64,000 bases of DNA, taken from Prorocentrum cordatum. Taxonomy: Eukaryota. How positions within the stretch are numbered: the first letter of the stretch is position 1; every line of letters begins with the position of its first letter. Below the pieces are notes generated by a model. It did no database searches, was not told the origin of the DNA, and saw only the letters and a program-made list of their open reading frames with translations. The position numbers and the translations under genes are program-made. Where the stretch lies: NCBI GenBank assembly GCA_963575745.1, contig CAUYUJ010000248.1:124001-188000 (forward strand). Reading direction: 5' to 3'. Shown one piece after another: positions 62,630 through 64,000 of the stretch.

Positions 62630-62780
62630 CAGAAAGTAGCAGCAGGAGCAGTAACACTAGGTTGTGGTAGTACTAGTAGCAGAAGAAGAAGAAGGAGAAG
62701 TAGTAGTAGTAGTAGTAGTAGAAGTAGTAGTAGGACTCGTACTAGTAGTAGTCGTAGTGATGGTAGTAGTAGTAGTAGTC

Positions 62781-62838
<58 letters not shown>

Positions 62839-63074
62839 CACTAGAAATTGTGGTAGTAGTAGTAGTAGTAGTAGTAGTAATAGTAGTAGTAGTAGAAGTA
62901 GTAGTAGTAGTAGTAGTAGTAATAGTAGTAGTAGTAGTATTTGTAGTAGTAGTAGTAGTAGTAGCAGTAGTAGTAGTAGTAGTAGTAGTAGAAGTCAGAG
63001 TAGTAGTAGTAGTAATAGTATAACTTGCAGTAGTCGTAGTAGTAGGAGTAGCTGAAGTAGTAGTCGTTATAGCT

Positions 63075-63111
<37 letters not shown>

Positions 63112-63260
63112 AAGCAGTAGGAGTAATAGCACTAGCAGTACAAGTACCAGTAGCAGTAGCAGTAGCAGTAGCAGTAGCCGTCGTAGTAGAATTCGTAGTG
63201 CTAGTAGTAGTAGCAGTAGTATCAGTAGTAGCAGTAGTAGCAGTAGTAGTAGTAGTAGTG

Positions 63261-63349
<89 letters not shown>

Positions 63350-63404
63350 TGGAGCAGTAGTAGTGGTAGTAGTAGTAGTACCAGTAGTAGTAGTAGTGGT
63401 CGTG

Positions 63405-63447
<43 letters not shown>

Positions 63448-63585
63448 CAGTCGTAGTAGTAGTAGTGGTGGTGGTATTACCAGTATCAGCGGTAGTCGCA
63501 AACGTAGTCGTCAACGTCGTCGTCGCAGTAGTTGTCTCAGTAGCAGTAGCAGCCATTAGAGCAATGGTCTATATAGAAGTAGTAC

Positions 63586-63635
<50 letters not shown>

Positions 63636-63959
63636 CTCGTAATAAAAGTAGTGGCAGTAGTAGTAGTAGTAGTAGTAGTAGTAGTCGTAGTCGTAGCCGT
63701 AGCACCATGAGTAGAAGTAGTAGTACTAGATTTAGAAGTAGTAGTAGTACTAGTAGTACTAGTAGTAGTAGTAGCAGTAGTAGTGATGGTAGTCTTAGTA
63801 GTAGTAGTGGTAGTAGTCGTGGTAGTAGCAGTAATAGGACTAGTAGTAGCAGTAGAAGTAGTAGTCTTAGTACTAATAGCACAGTATAGTAGTCCCAGTA
63901 GTAATAGTAGCAGTAGAAATAGTAGCAGTGGTAGTGGTAGTACTAGTAGTAGTAGTAGC

Positions 63960-64000
<41 letters not shown>
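62630..64000. repeat. Long (TAG)n microsatellite running off the window end
   Basis: Directly visible. Confidence 0.97.

Noticed and set aside
62657..63882. Thr-rich mucin-like and poly-Val/Leu ORFs
   Set aside because: They come from the pure (TAG)n tract.

Overview
GC-rich, microsatellite-saturated eukaryotic DNA that looks like a dinoflagellate genome. This is an inference (Prorocentrum-like) from GC/GT-AG introns with AG|G junctions, degenerate spliced-leader relics, a single-domain EF-hand cation channel and a DIRS retroelement carrying a cytosine methyltransferase. Most ORFs in the supplied track are low-complexity artefacts. Host-type genes, all on the + strand: a spliced coiled-coil repeat protein (~2963-6698), a spliced single-repeat voltage-gated cation channel with two EF-hands (27515-30663), a frameshifted protein kinase C-lobe fused to a 2OG-Fe(II) dioxygenase-like domain (37991-39578), and a spliced, probably N-acylated macrodomain-like protein (50730-54716). 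The rest is decayed retroelements (LINE fragments, copia pol, DIRS-DNMT), MITEs, satellites and palindromes. The most notable signals are: (1) introns that are whole TIR elements with target-site duplications (introners); (2) two otherwise intact genes interrupted inside conserved motifs by insertions that start ATCCAA and have no canonical splice sites at the junctions that restore the motif; (3) the kinase-dioxygenase fusion; (4) apparently directional AT-to-GC, CpG-creating decay of dead elements; (5) a Helentron/HINE-like satellite-carrying element with a covarying terminal hairpin. All protein calls come from motif recognition by eye; no searches were run.
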